Shown: positions 1-10,048 of the stretch, piece by piece
Layout: each line of letters opens with the position of its first letter
Position numbering within the stretch: the first letter of the stretch is position 1
From: an uncultured Chloroflexia bacterium
Lineage (GTDB): Bacteria; Chloroflexota; Anaerolineae; JAAYZQ01
DNA length: 64,000 bases
Assembly (NCBI GenBank): GCA_963700285.1
Contig: CAVOXA010000010.1
Location: 1,824,001-1,888,000, forward strand
Direction of reading: 5' to 3'
The notes under the pieces: model-generated
The model's database searches: none
Seen by the model: the letters and a program-made list of their open reading frames with translations, nothing else
What the model was told of the DNA's origin: nothing
Translations under genes and position numbers: made by a program

Positions 1-447
1 GCATCGGTACGGTTGGACATCCGTCGGGTCCAGGCCATCAAGGAAGGTGGAGAGGTGACGGGCAATCGGACGCGGGTGCGCGTCAAGAAGAACAAGGTAG
101 CGCCGCCATTCCGAGAGTGCGAGTTTGACATCATGTACGCTGAGGGGATCAGCAAAGAAGGGGATGTGCTAGACCTGGGGGTGGAACTGGATCTGATAGA
201 GAAACGGGGTTCGTTCTACTCGTACAAAGAGGAGAGGCTGGCGCAGGGGCGAGAGAATGCCAAGCAGGTACTGCGGGAGAATCCGCGCCAGTGCATTGAG
301 ATTGAGAATGCCATCCGCCGGGAGACAGGTCTGCCTGAATTGGATCTGTCGCCAGCCTTCGGCTTTGAGGTGGAGGCAGAAACGACCCAGGTCGAACTCT
401 TGGAGGTCCAGGAAGCACCAGTGGCTGAGGAGACGCTCATCGACTGA
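1..447 (+). CDS. recA: Recombinase A, C-terminal part (gene starts before the window)
   Basis: Frame 1 from base 1 reads ASVRLDIRR...[26 protein letters not shown]...QGRENAK, the RecA C-terminal signature, with an acidic tail. Confidence 0.97.
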   Translation, partial: ASVRLDIRRVQAIKEGGEVTGNRTRVRVKKNKVAPPFRECEFDIMYAEGISKEGDVLDLGVELDLIEKRGSFYSYKEERLAQGRENAKQVLRENPRQCIEIENAIRRETGLPELDLSPAFGFEVEAETTQVELLEVQEAPVAEETLID

Positions 448-720
448 AAATCTCCGGAAAACCCTGAGGTTTCATGTGCCTTCCTGACTTCCAGGTACCC
501 AGGCCGGCAATGACCGTTCAGGACCACGCCTAGTTCCGGTAGGGCTGAGCGTGGTCCTGTGTATGCATGGTCTTTGTAGGGCCCATAGGCTCCTCCTGTT
601 CCCATCCTCTTTTTGCGCCGCTCACCGATGTCAGGTATAATGGCGCCAAGTGCCATGGTATGCATGGTTCGCCATGGCCCAATCGCTTTTCCATGGTATC
701 TGAGGTAACTGGGGAGTTCT

Positions 721-1758
721 ATGCGGATCGAGGTTCACTTTGAGAGTGATGGTTTCTGGGCGCTCAAACCGGAATGGAATGATCTACTACAGCGGAGTTG
801 CTGCAATACGCTGTTCCTGACGTGGGAGTGGCAATCCACCTGGTGGAAGCACTTGGGTGAGGGTAACTTGTTGCTCTTGGGCTTCCGCTCAGAAGATGAT
901 GGCCGATTGGTGGGTATTGCCCCACTTTTTCGTACACTCGGCGATAGTGGTCGCCCGGTTTTCTATTTGATCGGCTGTCGTGACGTATCGGATTATCTAG
1001 ACCTGATCATTGAACAGGGACAGGAAGATGCTGTCTACCTGTCTTTATTGGAATACCTGAGGCACGAGGCGCAAGATTGGGATCTGATTGATTTCTGCAA
1101 TATCCCCCAGGATTCGCTGACCTATGTTCGTCTGCGGGAATTGGCCGAGGCACAGGGCTACCAGTCCCTCGTAGAGATAGAGGATGTGTGCCCGATCATT
1201 GACCTGCCTGGCACTTGGGACGAGTATCTGATGATGCTCAACAAGAAGCAGCGCCACGAAGTGCGTCGCAAGCTACGCAAGTCTGACGCTGAGGCCGATA
1301 CGCGCTTTGTCGTTGTCGGCCTGGATCATGACTTGCAGGCTGAGATGCAGGATTTCATCGATCTTCATCAGAAGAGCACCCCAGAGAAGGACCAGTTCAT
1401 GGACCCAAAGATGCAAGCCTTCTTCTTTGACATGGCACAGGTCCTGCAAGAGCAGGGGTGGTTACAGTTGGTATTTGTCGACATGGATGGTGAGAAGGCG
1501 GCTGCCCTGCTGAATTTCGATTATGGCGGCAGTATCCTCGTCTACAATTCGGGCTACGATCCCGCCCGTTTCCGGCACTTGAGCCCGGGCATCATCATCA
1601 CCGCGCGGAGCATCGAACATGCGATTTCTCTGGGCCGTACCCACTATGATTTTCTACGAGGCGACGAAGTATACAAGTATCGCTTTGGCGCCCAAGATAC
1701 TCAGGTTCGGCGTTTGCTCATGGCAAAGCCGGGTGTGACGTTGCAGACTGCTTGCTAG
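721..1758 (+). CDS. GNAT-family acetyltransferase (CelD/BcsL-like)
   Basis: 345 aa; FLTWEWQSTWW, DVSDYLD, YNSGYDP...LSPG and YDFLRGDEVYKYRFG motifs. Confidence 0.8.
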   Translation: MRIEVHFESDGFWALKPEWNDLLQRSCCNTLFLTWEWQSTWWKHLGEGNLLLLGFRSEDDGRLVGIAPLFRTLGDSGRPVFYLIGCRDVSDYLDLIIEQGQEDAVYLSLLEYLRHEAQDWDLIDFCNIPQDSLTYVRLRELAEAQGYQSLVEIEDVCPIIDLPGTWDEYLMMLNKKQRHEVRRKLRKSDAEADTRFVVVGLDHDLQAEMQDFIDLHQKSTPEKDQFMDPKMQAFFFDMAQVLQEQGWLQLVFVDMDGEKAAALLNFDYGGSILVYNSGYDPARFRHLSPGIIITARSIEHAISLGRTHYDFLRGDEVYKYRFGAQDTQVRRLLMAKPGVTLQTAC

Positions 1759-1806
1759 TGTACCAAATTTGGCATGCTGCTGAGGGATTGAGAAAGGGGA
1801 GCCAAG

Positions 1807-2208
1807 GTGGGCTCGATCCAGTGTGACAATTGTGGAGCCATGCTCTCTGAAGCAGATTTGTTCTGCGGTGAATGTGGTGTGCCGCGTCCTCTGTCTGATG
1901 GAGAGGATAGCCCGTCGCCAGACACTTCCCCAGCGCCAGCTGCTGCCCCCCCACTGGCGCCGCCGCCAGGTGGACATGGAACCGGTTGGCGTGTAGCAGC
2001 CCGCATCTTGGTTGTGTTGGGAGTTCTCACCTGTCTGGCATCGGTCCTGGTCTTTCTGTTCGCTGGCCTCCTCGAGTACGAATCCATGACCGGTCTGGAA
2101 AATTGGCTATTCTCCGCTTTCTGCTGTCTTTTGCCCATCGGCGGCGTGGGCGCTGTCCTGATCGCCGTGGGTACTGCAGTCTGGTACAGACGCCTTAGGG
2201 ATGTCTGA
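1807..2208 (+). CDS. Zinc-ribbon membrane protein
   Basis: CDNCG...FCGECG N-terminus, Pro-rich linker, two hydrophobic helices; overlaps the next start. Confidence 0.7.
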   Translation: MGSIQCDNCGAMLSEADLFCGECGVPRPLSDGEDSPSPDTSPAPAAAPPLAPPPGGHGTGWRVAARILVVLGVLTCLASVLVFLFAGLLEYESMTGLENWLFSAFCCLLPIGGVGAVLIAVGTAVWYRRLRDV

Positions 2209-3496
2209 ACGACCGATGATTGAACGTGTAGCTATGTTGAGTGTCCATACCTGTCCACTTGCCACCCTGGGTGGCAAGGAGACAGGGGGTATGAACGTCT
2301 ATGTCCGTGACCTGAGTCGCGAGCTTGGGCAGCGTGGAATTGCCGTGGATTGCTTCACCCGCTCCCAAAATCCCAATATCCCACGTATTAGCACCAGGTT
2401 GGGGCCCAACTGCCGCGTTATCCACTTGCCGGCCGGCCCCGAGATCCCCTACGACAAGAACAGCGTCGTCGACCATCTGCCCCAGTTTGTGCGCGGAGCG
2501 CTGGATCTCGCCAGGCGTGAGGGCCTGCGTTATGATGTGATCCACAGCCATTACTGGCTCTCGGGCTTGGCCGCCCGCGAGCTTCGTCGCGTTTGGGGCG
2601 CCCCCATCATTCAGATGTTCCATACCCTTGGGCACATGAAGAACAGTGTGGCCTCCGGCCCCCATGAGTGGGAGGCAGCGCGGCGCATCGAGGGGGAAGC
2701 TGAGGTCATGGCACTCGCAGATCGTCTGGTAGCAGCTACGCCTTTGGAAAGGGCGCAGATGGTCTGGCTCTATGGAGCCAACGCCAGCAAAATGGATGTT
2801 GTCCCCCCCGGTGTGGATCTCGATCTCTTCCAACCCATTCCGCCAAAAGAGGCCAAGCACATCCTGGGGTTGCCTCCTGAGCGCCGTATCGTCCTCTTTG
2901 TGGGCCGGATCGAACCATTGAAGGGCATAGACACACTGTTACGAGCCATGGCCCTTGTTGTGCCCGAGATTCCTTGCTGGCAGGATGATCTGTCGGTTGT
3001 CATAATTGGCGGAGCGCCAGGAGTGGGTATCGAAAAGGTAAATGACGAGCTTGCCCGCCTGGAAAACCTCCGGGCTGAATTGGGTATCCAGGACCTGGTT
3101 ACCTTCCAGGGCGCCCAAGACCAGGATACACTCGTCTATTACTATTCCGCCGCGGACATGGTGGTCATGCCCTCCCACTACGAATCCTTTGGCATGGTGG
3201 CCCTGGAGGCCATGGCCTGTGGGACCCCGGTGGTGGCTTCCAAGGTTGGCGGGCTGACTTATAGCGTGCAAGATGGCCAGACAGGATTCCTGGTTCCCGA
3301 GCGCGATGCTGAAGCGCTGGCTGCCAAGATCCGTTTGTTGCTTTGTGATGATGTTCTTCGCCAGGCATTGAGCCTGCAGGCAGCTCAATGGTCGCGCAAC
3401 TATGGCTGGCCTGCCATTTCCGATCAAATCCTAGAACTCTACCAGCGGGTTCAATTGGCTCTCATGCCAGCAGCAGCTGCAGTTGGTTCCGGCTAA
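2201..3496 (+). CDS. GT4 glycosyltransferase, MshA-like
   Basis: SVHTCPLATLGGKETGGMNVYV, IHSHYWLSG, FVGRIEPLKG, PSHYESFGMVALEAMACGTPVV. Confidence 0.88.
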   Translation: MSERPMIERVAMLSVHTCPLATLGGKETGGMNVYVRDLSRELGQRGIAVDCFTRSQNPNIPRISTRLGPNCRVIHLPAGPEIPYDKNSVVDHLPQFVRGALDLARREGLRYDVIHSHYWLSGLAARELRRVWGAPIIQMFHTLGHMKNSVASGPHEWEAARRIEGEAEVMALADRLVAATPLERAQMVWLYGANASKMDVVPPGVDLDLFQPIPPKEAKHILGLPPERRIVLFVGRIEPLKGIDTLLRAMALVVPEIPCWQDDLSVVIIGGAPGVGIEKVNDELARLENLRAELGIQDLVTFQGAQDQDTLVYYYSAADMVVMPSHYESFGMVALEAMACGTPVVASKVGGLTYSVQDGQTGFLVPERDAEALAAKIRLLLCDDVLRQALSLQAAQWSRNYGWPAISDQILELYQRVQLALMPAAAAVGSG

Positions 3497-3505
3497 ATCC
3501 CCCCT

Positions 3506-4168
3506 GTGCAGCTGCACGAAATTGCCGGATTCATCCAAAGACATTGGAGCATACAGTCGGCAGTAGCCGAAACTGCCGCCAGCTACGATCAAGACGCTGC
3601 CCAATATGCAGCTATGTGGGCCAATTTGCGTCTGGAAAGGGCACTGGCTGCTTTTGCCAGTCGGGTCGTTGCCCCCCGGCGCGTGTTGGACCTGGGCTGC
3701 GGTCCGGGCCGCGACATCGACTATCTGGCGCAACTTGGCTGTTGGGGCGTGGGTTTGGATCTGTCGCCTGGAATGTTGGTTGAGGCTCGGCGCCGGTTCC
3801 CAGCGGCACCCCTTGTCCAGGCGGATTTGCGTTCTGTACCCCTTGCGGATGGTACCTTTGATGGCGTCTGGGCCTGTGCCTCGCTGCTACACCTGCCCCG
3901 GTGCCAGTTGCCCATCGCCCTGGCACAGATCGCCCGCCTACTGAAACGGCCCGGGGGCGTGCTCTATCTGGCACTGAAAGATGGTCAAGGGGAACAATGG
4001 CTCGCTGACCACAAAGGCCATCGCCGTTTGTTCTCGTTCTACCAATTCTCCGAGGTGGCAACGTCACTACATCAGGCCAAGTTTCAGATCGTCGAAGGCT
4101 GGGTAGATCCTGACCAGGCAGGGCGTGACAGATCCTGGATCAACGTTGTTGCTCAAATGCAGAGATAG
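3506..4168 (+). CDS. Class I SAM-dependent methyltransferase
   Basis: VLDLGCGPG and FDGVWACASLLH motifs. Confidence 0.85.
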   Translation: MQLHEIAGFIQRHWSIQSAVAETAASYDQDAAQYAAMWANLRLERALAAFASRVVAPRRVLDLGCGPGRDIDYLAQLGCWGVGLDLSPGMLVEARRRFPAAPLVQADLRSVPLADGTFDGVWACASLLHLPRCQLPIALAQIARLLKRPGGVLYLALKDGQGEQWLADHKGHRRLFSFYQFSEVATSLHQAKFQIVEGWVDPDQAGRDRSWINVVAQMQR

Positions 4169-4342
4169 CCTTGCTTGCGCATTGTTCTATCGACCTTCGC
4201 GTGGTCAAGACGGTTTGGATCCCGCTCCAGACTATGGTATACTCCCCGCGCGGTGAATTGCACCGCTCTTGGGAGCCCCCAAGCAGGGCATCGGTGAGGC
4301 CGCGCCAGGGCTCTAGGATAGAGATCTAGAAAGCAGCGGAGT

Positions 4343-5713
4343 ATGGCAGACGAAAGACCGGCCGCTCAGCAGACCGCCAGGCAATTGGAGATGGCTGCAG
4401 CAGACTTGTTTGCAGTCGACGATGTGACCCTGGGTGTGCCCGAACAGCCTGAGACGATCCGTTTTCGTGGCAGTTTGCTGGAGCCTTCAGATAAGGCCTT
4501 CCCCCAGATTGCCGCTCGTTTTCGGGATATGGGCCATACAGCCATGTTGCGCGACGACCTGGACCATGACCGGCAAGTATTGTTGGCTGTGCCCGGGGTG
4601 GAACCGCAACAGACCCAATCCCGGCTCTGGTTGAACGCATTGTTGTATATCTTGACCATCCTCTCCACCCTCTTTGTCGGAGCTACCTGGTCCGACCAGG
4701 TGCCGCCAAATGCGGATATGGGCTGGATTGTGGCCCACTTGTGGATCGGTTGGCCCTTTGCCCTGAGCTTGATGACCATCCTAACCGGCCACGAGCTAGG
4801 ACACTATTTCGCCGGCCGGTACTACAAAGTGCCGGTGTCCCTGCCCTTTTTCATCCCCATACCGGTGCCGCCTCTGGGTACCATGGGGGCCTTTATCGTC
4901 ATGAAGGGAAGGACTGTCAACCGCCGGCAGATGCTGACCGTTGGCGCTGCTGGCCCGTTGGTTGGCTTTGTGCTGGCTGTACCGATCCTTATCCTGGGCC
5001 TAACTTTGTCCACCGTCGAGCCCATGGTTGCCCCCGAGCCAGGCTCGATGATCTTTCTTGAGGGGAACTCGCTCCTCTATATGTTCCTCAAATTTGGCGT
5101 TTTTGGGCAGGTGCTGCCTGGTACGGGCTCCTTACTAACCCTCCAGGCAGTTCTGAGGGATGGTGTGGCAGCGCTGCTCGGTACCTTTCCCATTGACAGC
5201 GGCTACGACGTCTTTGTCAGTCCTGTTGCCCTGGCGGGCTGGGCCGGGCTCCTGGTCACAGCGCTGAACTTGATACCGGTGGGGCAGTTGGACGGCGGCC
5301 ACGTGCTCTACAGTCTCGTTGGCCAGAGAGCCAAGATCCTCACCTGGCCCATCATCGTCATTCTCTTGGTACTGGGGATCGTGTTCTGGCAGGGGTGGTT
5401 GCTGTGGGCCTTTCTTATCTTCTTCTTTGGCCAATCGCACCCCGATCCCCTTGATGATGTTACCCGCCTCGATACGCCTCGCAAGCTCGTAGCCGTGGCC
5501 GTACTGCTCATTTTTGTACTCACTTTTGCGCCTCTACCGATGCGGGTGTTCAGCGCTGACCTGCCTGTTCCGGATCCAAGCCAATCTGTGTCTTGCTTGG
5601 CCGCGCCAGGTCTTGTTTTTGTAGGGGCTCTGTGGCTAGCCACCCGAAAGAGGGTTAAACAAGGGGGCAATACACGAGTTACTGATTCGGTTCCACCAGG
5701 ACATCAGTCTTGA
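4343..5713 (+). CDS. Site-2 protease (peptidase M50)
   Basis: HELGH zinc motif, GAAGPLVG, LNLIPVGQLDGGH; multiple TM helices. Confidence 0.92.
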   Translation: MADERPAAQQTARQLEMAAADLFAVDDVTLGVPEQPETIRFRGSLLEPSDKAFPQIAARFRDMGHTAMLRDDLDHDRQVLLAVPGVEPQQTQSRLWLNALLYILTILSTLFVGATWSDQVPPNADMGWIVAHLWIGWPFALSLMTILTGHELGHYFAGRYYKVPVSLPFFIPIPVPPLGTMGAFIVMKGRTVNRRQMLTVGAAGPLVGFVLAVPILILGLTLSTVEPMVAPEPGSMIFLEGNSLLYMFLKFGVFGQVLPGTGSLLTLQAVLRDGVAALLGTFPIDSGYDVFVSPVALAGWAGLLVTALNLIPVGQLDGGHVLYSLVGQRAKILTWPIIVILLVLGIVFWQGWLLWAFLIFFFGQSHPDPLDDVTRLDTPRKLVAVAVLLIFVLTFAPLPMRVFSADLPVPDPSQSVSCLAAPGLVFVGALWLATRKRVKQGGNTRVTDSVPPGHQS

Positions 5714-5862
5714 CGACCGCCCGACTGTCGGGCCTGTTGGCCAATGCCTCTCGCGAGGGGAATGTCACGAATCTCTGGCAGACCGGGCTGTCATAGAACG
5801 GGCGGTTGCTTTGCCGGCAATGGCGCCCCAACTGCCTCCTGCCGGAAAAACCCGCATCGGGT

Positions 5863-7824
5863 TCATGGGCTGTTTTTCCACAGTAGGGGCAAGTATGCCC
5901 TTTGCCATGTCTGGCAATCGGTCTTTGTATCGCCGTCGCCTGTAGGCTCTGCTTCGGTGTTGCCCGCTTGATCTACGGCCCTCGTGCCAAAGTAGTAGGC
6001 TGCTGGGCCGGTTGGCTGGAAGAGGAAAACCCCTTGGCTTGCAGTCCCCGGTACAGCCGCGCCGCCAATTTGGTGTGCCTGGCCGCTATCCATCCACGTG
6101 CCTTCGTCGCCCTTTCTCACCCATAGCGCCACACTTTCCATCCCACTGAGCGTGTCGGTCGCTACCCACGTCACCCGGATGGGTGCGATTTTGGTGCTTG
6201 CTGGGGCATTGGTCAGCGACGCCGGCGGTATAGTGTCAAGGCGCAGCGTTGTACTGATGGCCGTCGCCGGATCAACGTTCCCCGCTGCATCGCCCAACCA
6301 CACGTAAGCGCGATGCTCGCCGCTATCTGGTACTGTCACATTCGAGAGCCCCTGAATATCCACGCCAGCCTGGCAGCCGGAGTGATCCTCCACCGAGAGG
6401 GGGGGCGCGTCCAAACTGTAGCAAGCCGTCAGCATTCCAGACACCTCCGTCGGATTGGTCCAGCTCAAGGCAAAGCGGTTGGCCGGCGACCAACTGCCCG
6501 GTTCAGCGATGAGGTCGATAGGGCTGCCGGGCGGATCGGGATCATAGTGCAGTGTGATGGATACAGCGCTGGTATAGTCAGCATTGCCTGCACCATCCTC
6601 CAGCCAAAGATAGGCCGTCTGAGCGCCAGGGTTGGCAACGGTGATGCCAGCAATCTGGGACATAGCTGCGCCAGCGTAAAAGGCTCCATCGGCGACCCCG
6701 ATCGGTGGTTCATCCATCTTCAGATAGGCCCCAGCAATACCCGACGTGTCAACAGGGTTCTGCCAACTAAGCGAAAATCGATTGGTAGCTGTCCAACTTG
6801 GCGGATCGGCGGCTGGTTGCTGAGGAGGGTCCGGAGGCACAAGGTCTGGAGCAACGACCTGTACGATCATGGTATGATCGGTGACATAGAGGTTGCCATT
6901 GCGATCTACGGCCACGCCCTCTGGACCGCGAAAGCCCGTACACAGGGCTTTGTGAGCCCCGCTCGCCTCAACAAGATTCAGGCGACCCATTCCATCACCT
7001 AGATCTTCCTCCGTTGCATACAGGGGAAAACGGCCACCCGGTGAAAAGTGCAGGCCTTCTACTGCTGTCAGGTCAGAGGCAAAAAGTGTTCGCTGGCCCG
7101 TGGCCGGATCCACCTGGAATATGCTGTCCGTGGTGGCCACGTTCGATGCCTCGTTGGCCACGTATAGCAGGCCATCGGGGTCCAAGGTAATGGCCGAATA
7201 GCTCCATAGCAGGGTATCGGAAAAAACCTCCGTCACTTCCAGCCCCTGTGAAACGCGGGTGACGCCCGAGATCACATCCCAGGGCAGATTTTCTACGAAC
7301 TGAACGTTGGATTCGGTAACGAACAAGTCGCTGTCGGGTGCCCAAACTACTCCTTCAGGCGCGTCAAGGCCGGTAGCCAGGACAGTCTGCTGGCCCTGGG
7401 GATCTATGCGGAGCAAGCGGCCATTCTTGACATCCTCGACGACATACAGATTGCCCGCTGGGTCAAAGGCGATTCCCTCTGGATAGTCCAGCCTGGCCAC
7501 CACCGTTGTGACGGTCCCGTCGGAATCGATGCGCGACACACGCCCGGCGTTCTCTTCAGCCACATGGAGCACGCCGCCGGGGTCAAAGGCCAGTCCGCCA
7601 GGTGACTCGAGGTCGACAGCATACACAAAAGCCTCAAATCCCTCAGGACAGACAATGCGGGATATCGGTTTGCCTACGGTTAGCGGCTCCAGTGTCGGCA
7701 GGTCGGTGTCCCTCCACAACTCTCCGGTATGCGGATGTCCAGCGAGCGCCCGGCCCGGCGCCACAATCAGCAAGCCAGCCAACAGAAGGGTAATGATCCA
7801 ACGCCGCGTGTATCCAGGATACAC
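5863..7824 (-). CDS. Secreted NHL/SMP-30-like beta-propeller protein with two Ig/FN3-like repeats and a C-terminal YLP motif
   Basis: Signal peptide; repeated PEG(I/V/L)AFD...GNLYV blades; two related SW..NRF.LSW.NP...Y.WL.D.AGN.D units; ends AYLPLLWKNSP. Confidence 0.75.
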   Translation of the reverse strand: MYPGYTRRWIITLLLAGLLIVAPGRALAGHPHTGELWRDTDLPTLEPLTVGKPISRIVCPEGFEAFVYAVDLESPGGLAFDPGGVLHVAEENAGRVSRIDSDGTVTTVVARLDYPEGIAFDPAGNLYVVEDVKNGRLLRIDPQGQQTVLATGLDAPEGVVWAPDSDLFVTESNVQFVENLPWDVISGVTRVSQGLEVTEVFSDTLLWSYSAITLDPDGLLYVANEASNVATTDSIFQVDPATGQRTLFASDLTAVEGLHFSPGGRFPLYATEEDLGDGMGRLNLVEASGAHKALCTGFRGPEGVAVDRNGNLYVTDHTMIVQVVAPDLVPPDPPQQPAADPPSWTATNRFSLSWQNPVDTSGIAGAYLKMDEPPIGVADGAFYAGAAMSQIAGITVANPGAQTAYLWLEDGAGNADYTSAVSITLHYDPDPPGSPIDLIAEPGSWSPANRFALSWTNPTEVSGMLTACYSLDAPPLSVEDHSGCQAGVDIQGLSNVTVPDSGEHRAYVWLGDAAGNVDPATAISTTLRLDTIPPASLTNAPASTKIAPIRVTWVATDTLSGMESVALWVRKGDEGTWMDSGQAHQIGGAAVPGTASQGVFLFQPTGPAAYYFGTRAVDQAGNTEAEPTGDGDTKTDCQTWQRAYLPLLWKNSP

Positions 7825-7856
7825 CTATTCCTCCGTCCCTTCGCGAGATGGCCATC

Positions 7857-7885
7857 AGTCTAACCTATCCTCTGGCCTTTGTCAA
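7857..7885 (-). promoter_or_regulatory. Sigma70-type promoter of the beta-propeller gene
   Basis: Minus strand TTGACA-N17-TAGACT upstream of a GGAGG RBS. Confidence 0.55.
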
Positions 7886-8199
7886 AGCTCCGGCTGAATC
7901 CTGCTGGCATGGAGCGAGGCTTGTCTTCCCCTGGCATTGTCGTTTCGCATTCGGTAGGGCGCAGGAACGCCTTCCTGGCGCGTATTTGTCCTTTGGGCGC
8001 TCAAGTATCCACTACCAAGTCCAGTTGTGATCTATGGACACTGCCGCGGTGTGGCCCGAGACATCGATCTTGTCGCAAGCTTTACCGCCCTTTTGACCTG
8101 TAACCCTGAAACCTTTTGCCGGTAGGGGCGTATTATAATTGACCGCAGTTGGTGCGGGCTGACACGGGAACGCAGCATCATTCAAAGGAGAGGATTGTT

Positions 8200-8544
8200 A
8201 TGACTGAGGAAGGGAATGTTGTCACAGAGCCAGTAGACGGGGTGATTGAGGATCAGGCCGAGGAGACGGTTCAGGCTGAGCGGACCACAACCCAAGAGAT
8301 CAAAGTCCAAGCAGAGGATCTGTTCCAGACGCTAAACGACATCATCCGTGAGGGCACAGCCAGGCGCATCACCGTCATGCGCAATGACCGTGTCCTGGTG
8401 GATATCCCCATGGTTATGGGAATTGGCGCCAGCTTGATACTGGCCTTCTACATGCCTGTCATAACCGCCGTGGTCGGTGTGGGGGCGCTGCTTACCGGCT
8501 GCACGGTGCGCGTCGAGCGTGAGGACCCACCCGCCAAAGAATAG
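8200..8544 (+). CDS. DUF4342-like small protein
   Basis: GGAGAGGA RBS before ATG 8200; IIREGTARRITV...DIP...CTVRVER pattern. Confidence 0.75.
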   Translation: MTEEGNVVTEPVDGVIEDQAEETVQAERTTTQEIKVQAEDLFQTLNDIIREGTARRITVMRNDRVLVDIPMVMGIGASLILAFYMPVITAVVGVGALLTGCTVRVEREDPPAKE

Positions 8545-8563
8545 TCGAATACCACAAACCAGA

Positions 8564-8598
8564 AGCACCCCCGAGTCCCTTGGCGAACCGGGGGTGCT
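8564..8598. terminator. Hairpin between convergent genes (probable terminator)
   Basis: AGCACCCCCG (8564-8573) pairs with CGGGGGTGCT (8589-8598). Confidence 0.6.
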
Positions 8599-8702
8599 CT
8601 CAACAGGTGTTCGTCTTCCCAGGCCGAGTTGAGTCTACTTTCCCGGCGGCCGTGGTCTGGCCGGAGCGACTTAGGCTGCTGCCTCTACGTGGTGGCGCCC
8701 AT

Positions 8703-10010
8703 CTACCCAATGAGATGCAATGCAGTCTGCCTGCTCGGAAGCCACTGCAGCCTCCCATGGCTGAACGCCGCATCCTCTTCCAGAGCCATCACGACCTGCT
8801 GTCCATCCCACTCTGCGACCTCTTTGGCGACGTTCAGTTCGATGGCATAGACGGTGTCGTCAAACAGTTCATAGTCTCCCCTGCCCGGCACGCCTTCCTG
8901 ACGATCCCAGAGGCCGATTGTCGGACCGGCGCCGTGACCGTGATAGCCCAGGGGATGGGTATAGATGCTGGGGTGAAGGCCCTCGGCCTTGGCTTGCTCA
9001 AGGGCTGTACCCAGGATCTCGTTTCCCGTTTTGCCCGCAACCATCGCGTCCGCCAGAATGTCTTGGAGCCGGTTCCCTTCCGCCAGAGCCAGCCGGAGTC
9101 CATCGGGGGCATTCGTTTCGCCGGGTCTGAGGACGTAGGCGTTTTGTTGCTGATCGGTTGCCAGACCCAGGTAGTGAAACCCCACGTCGCAGTGCAGCAG
9201 GTCGCCGGGTAGAATGAGGCTTCTTGGGGCAGCCGCATGGCTTGCGCCTGGCAGATGGAAGCCCTGGCCGGCCGCCTGGATGTCCACCGTGGGCGGGAAC
9301 CAGGCGCGCAGACCCAGATCGAGGATCTTTTGACGTATCCACCACTCGACATCAGCAGTGGTCGTAATGCCCGGTTGGATAACACGGCTGGAAAATGCCT
9401 CCGCGATGATGGCATGGCCGAGCTCCGTGATACCGGGGTAGACGATCAGTTCGGCCTCACTCCGGCGTTCAAGCCAGCCAATGGCCAGACGCGTCGCGCT
9501 CCGGGTCCGGCTCATATAGGTCTCTCCCAGGGCCTCCGACAGGCGCTCATATTCACTGTGTGTGAGCCCATCGCCAAAGGCAGAGTCGCGAGCTATGTTG
9601 ACTCCAATCACGTTGGGATCTCGTCCTCTCACGATCTTGCTCAGGCATTCGTGTTGTTCCTGCTGGCCGGGATCCCAGGCGGCGCTGTAATACTCGCCGA
9701 GTCCATAGCGATCCAGTGTCAGACGCTCAACGCTCCCGTCCTCTCTTAGGAAAAAGACCAGAATCGTCCGCCGCCGCGCCGACATCGCTGGCTGGGGCAG
9801 CATGCTCATGATCACCGGATCCTCGTTGTACTCTCTGGCAACCACGATCCACATGTCAAAGCCCTCACGCTTCATGATCTCGGGCAGGATCTCGTCCAGC
9901 CTCTGTTTTAGCCACTCATTCCTCACCTCAGCCCTGGCTCGCAGGCGCAAGATCTTGTCTCGGTAGGCATCCGAACAGCCGATTTGTCCGCATGGTAGGT
10001 TCAAATTCAT
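8703..10010 (-). CDS. M24 (Xaa-Pro) metallopeptidase
   Basis: GDLLHCDVG...TDQQQNAY, YTHPLGYHGHGAGP, IELN, LEED metal-ligand motifs. Confidence 0.85.
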   Translation of the reverse strand: MNLNLPCGQIGCSDAYRDKILRLRARAEVRNEWLKQRLDEILPEIMKREGFDMWIVVAREYNEDPVIMSMLPQPAMSARRRTILVFFLREDGSVERLTLDRYGLGEYYSAAWDPGQQEQHECLSKIVRGRDPNVIGVNIARDSAFGDGLTHSEYERLSEALGETYMSRTRSATRLAIGWLERRSEAELIVYPGITELGHAIIAEAFSSRVIQPGITTTADVEWWIRQKILDLGLRAWFPPTVDIQAAGQGFHLPGASHAAAPRSLILPGDLLHCDVGFHYLGLATDQQQNAYVLRPGETNAPDGLRLALAEGNRLQDILADAMVAGKTGNEILGTALEQAKAEGLHPSIYTHPLGYHGHGAGPTIGLWDRQEGVPGRGDYELFDDTVYAIELNVAKEVAEWDGQQVVMALEEDAAFSHGRLQWLPSRQTALHLIG

Positions 10011-10048
10011 CTCACTTTCTCCACTGGCAGGTTGTAGGATTGAGTTGT

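Noticed and set aside
7890-7990. c-di-AMP (ydaO) riboswitch
   Set aside because: GCTGAATCC and GTAGGG words are present, but the rest of the consensus (GGAACC, CCCG.CAGCTAAC) is missing.
8600-8700. SRP RNA, 6S RNA or HDV-like ribozyme
   Set aside because: GCAGCAGCCTAAG on the minus strand lacks the CAGG..GGAA..AGCAG SRP core; the HDV-like L3 loop has no matching P1/P1.1; too short and unconvincing for 6S.
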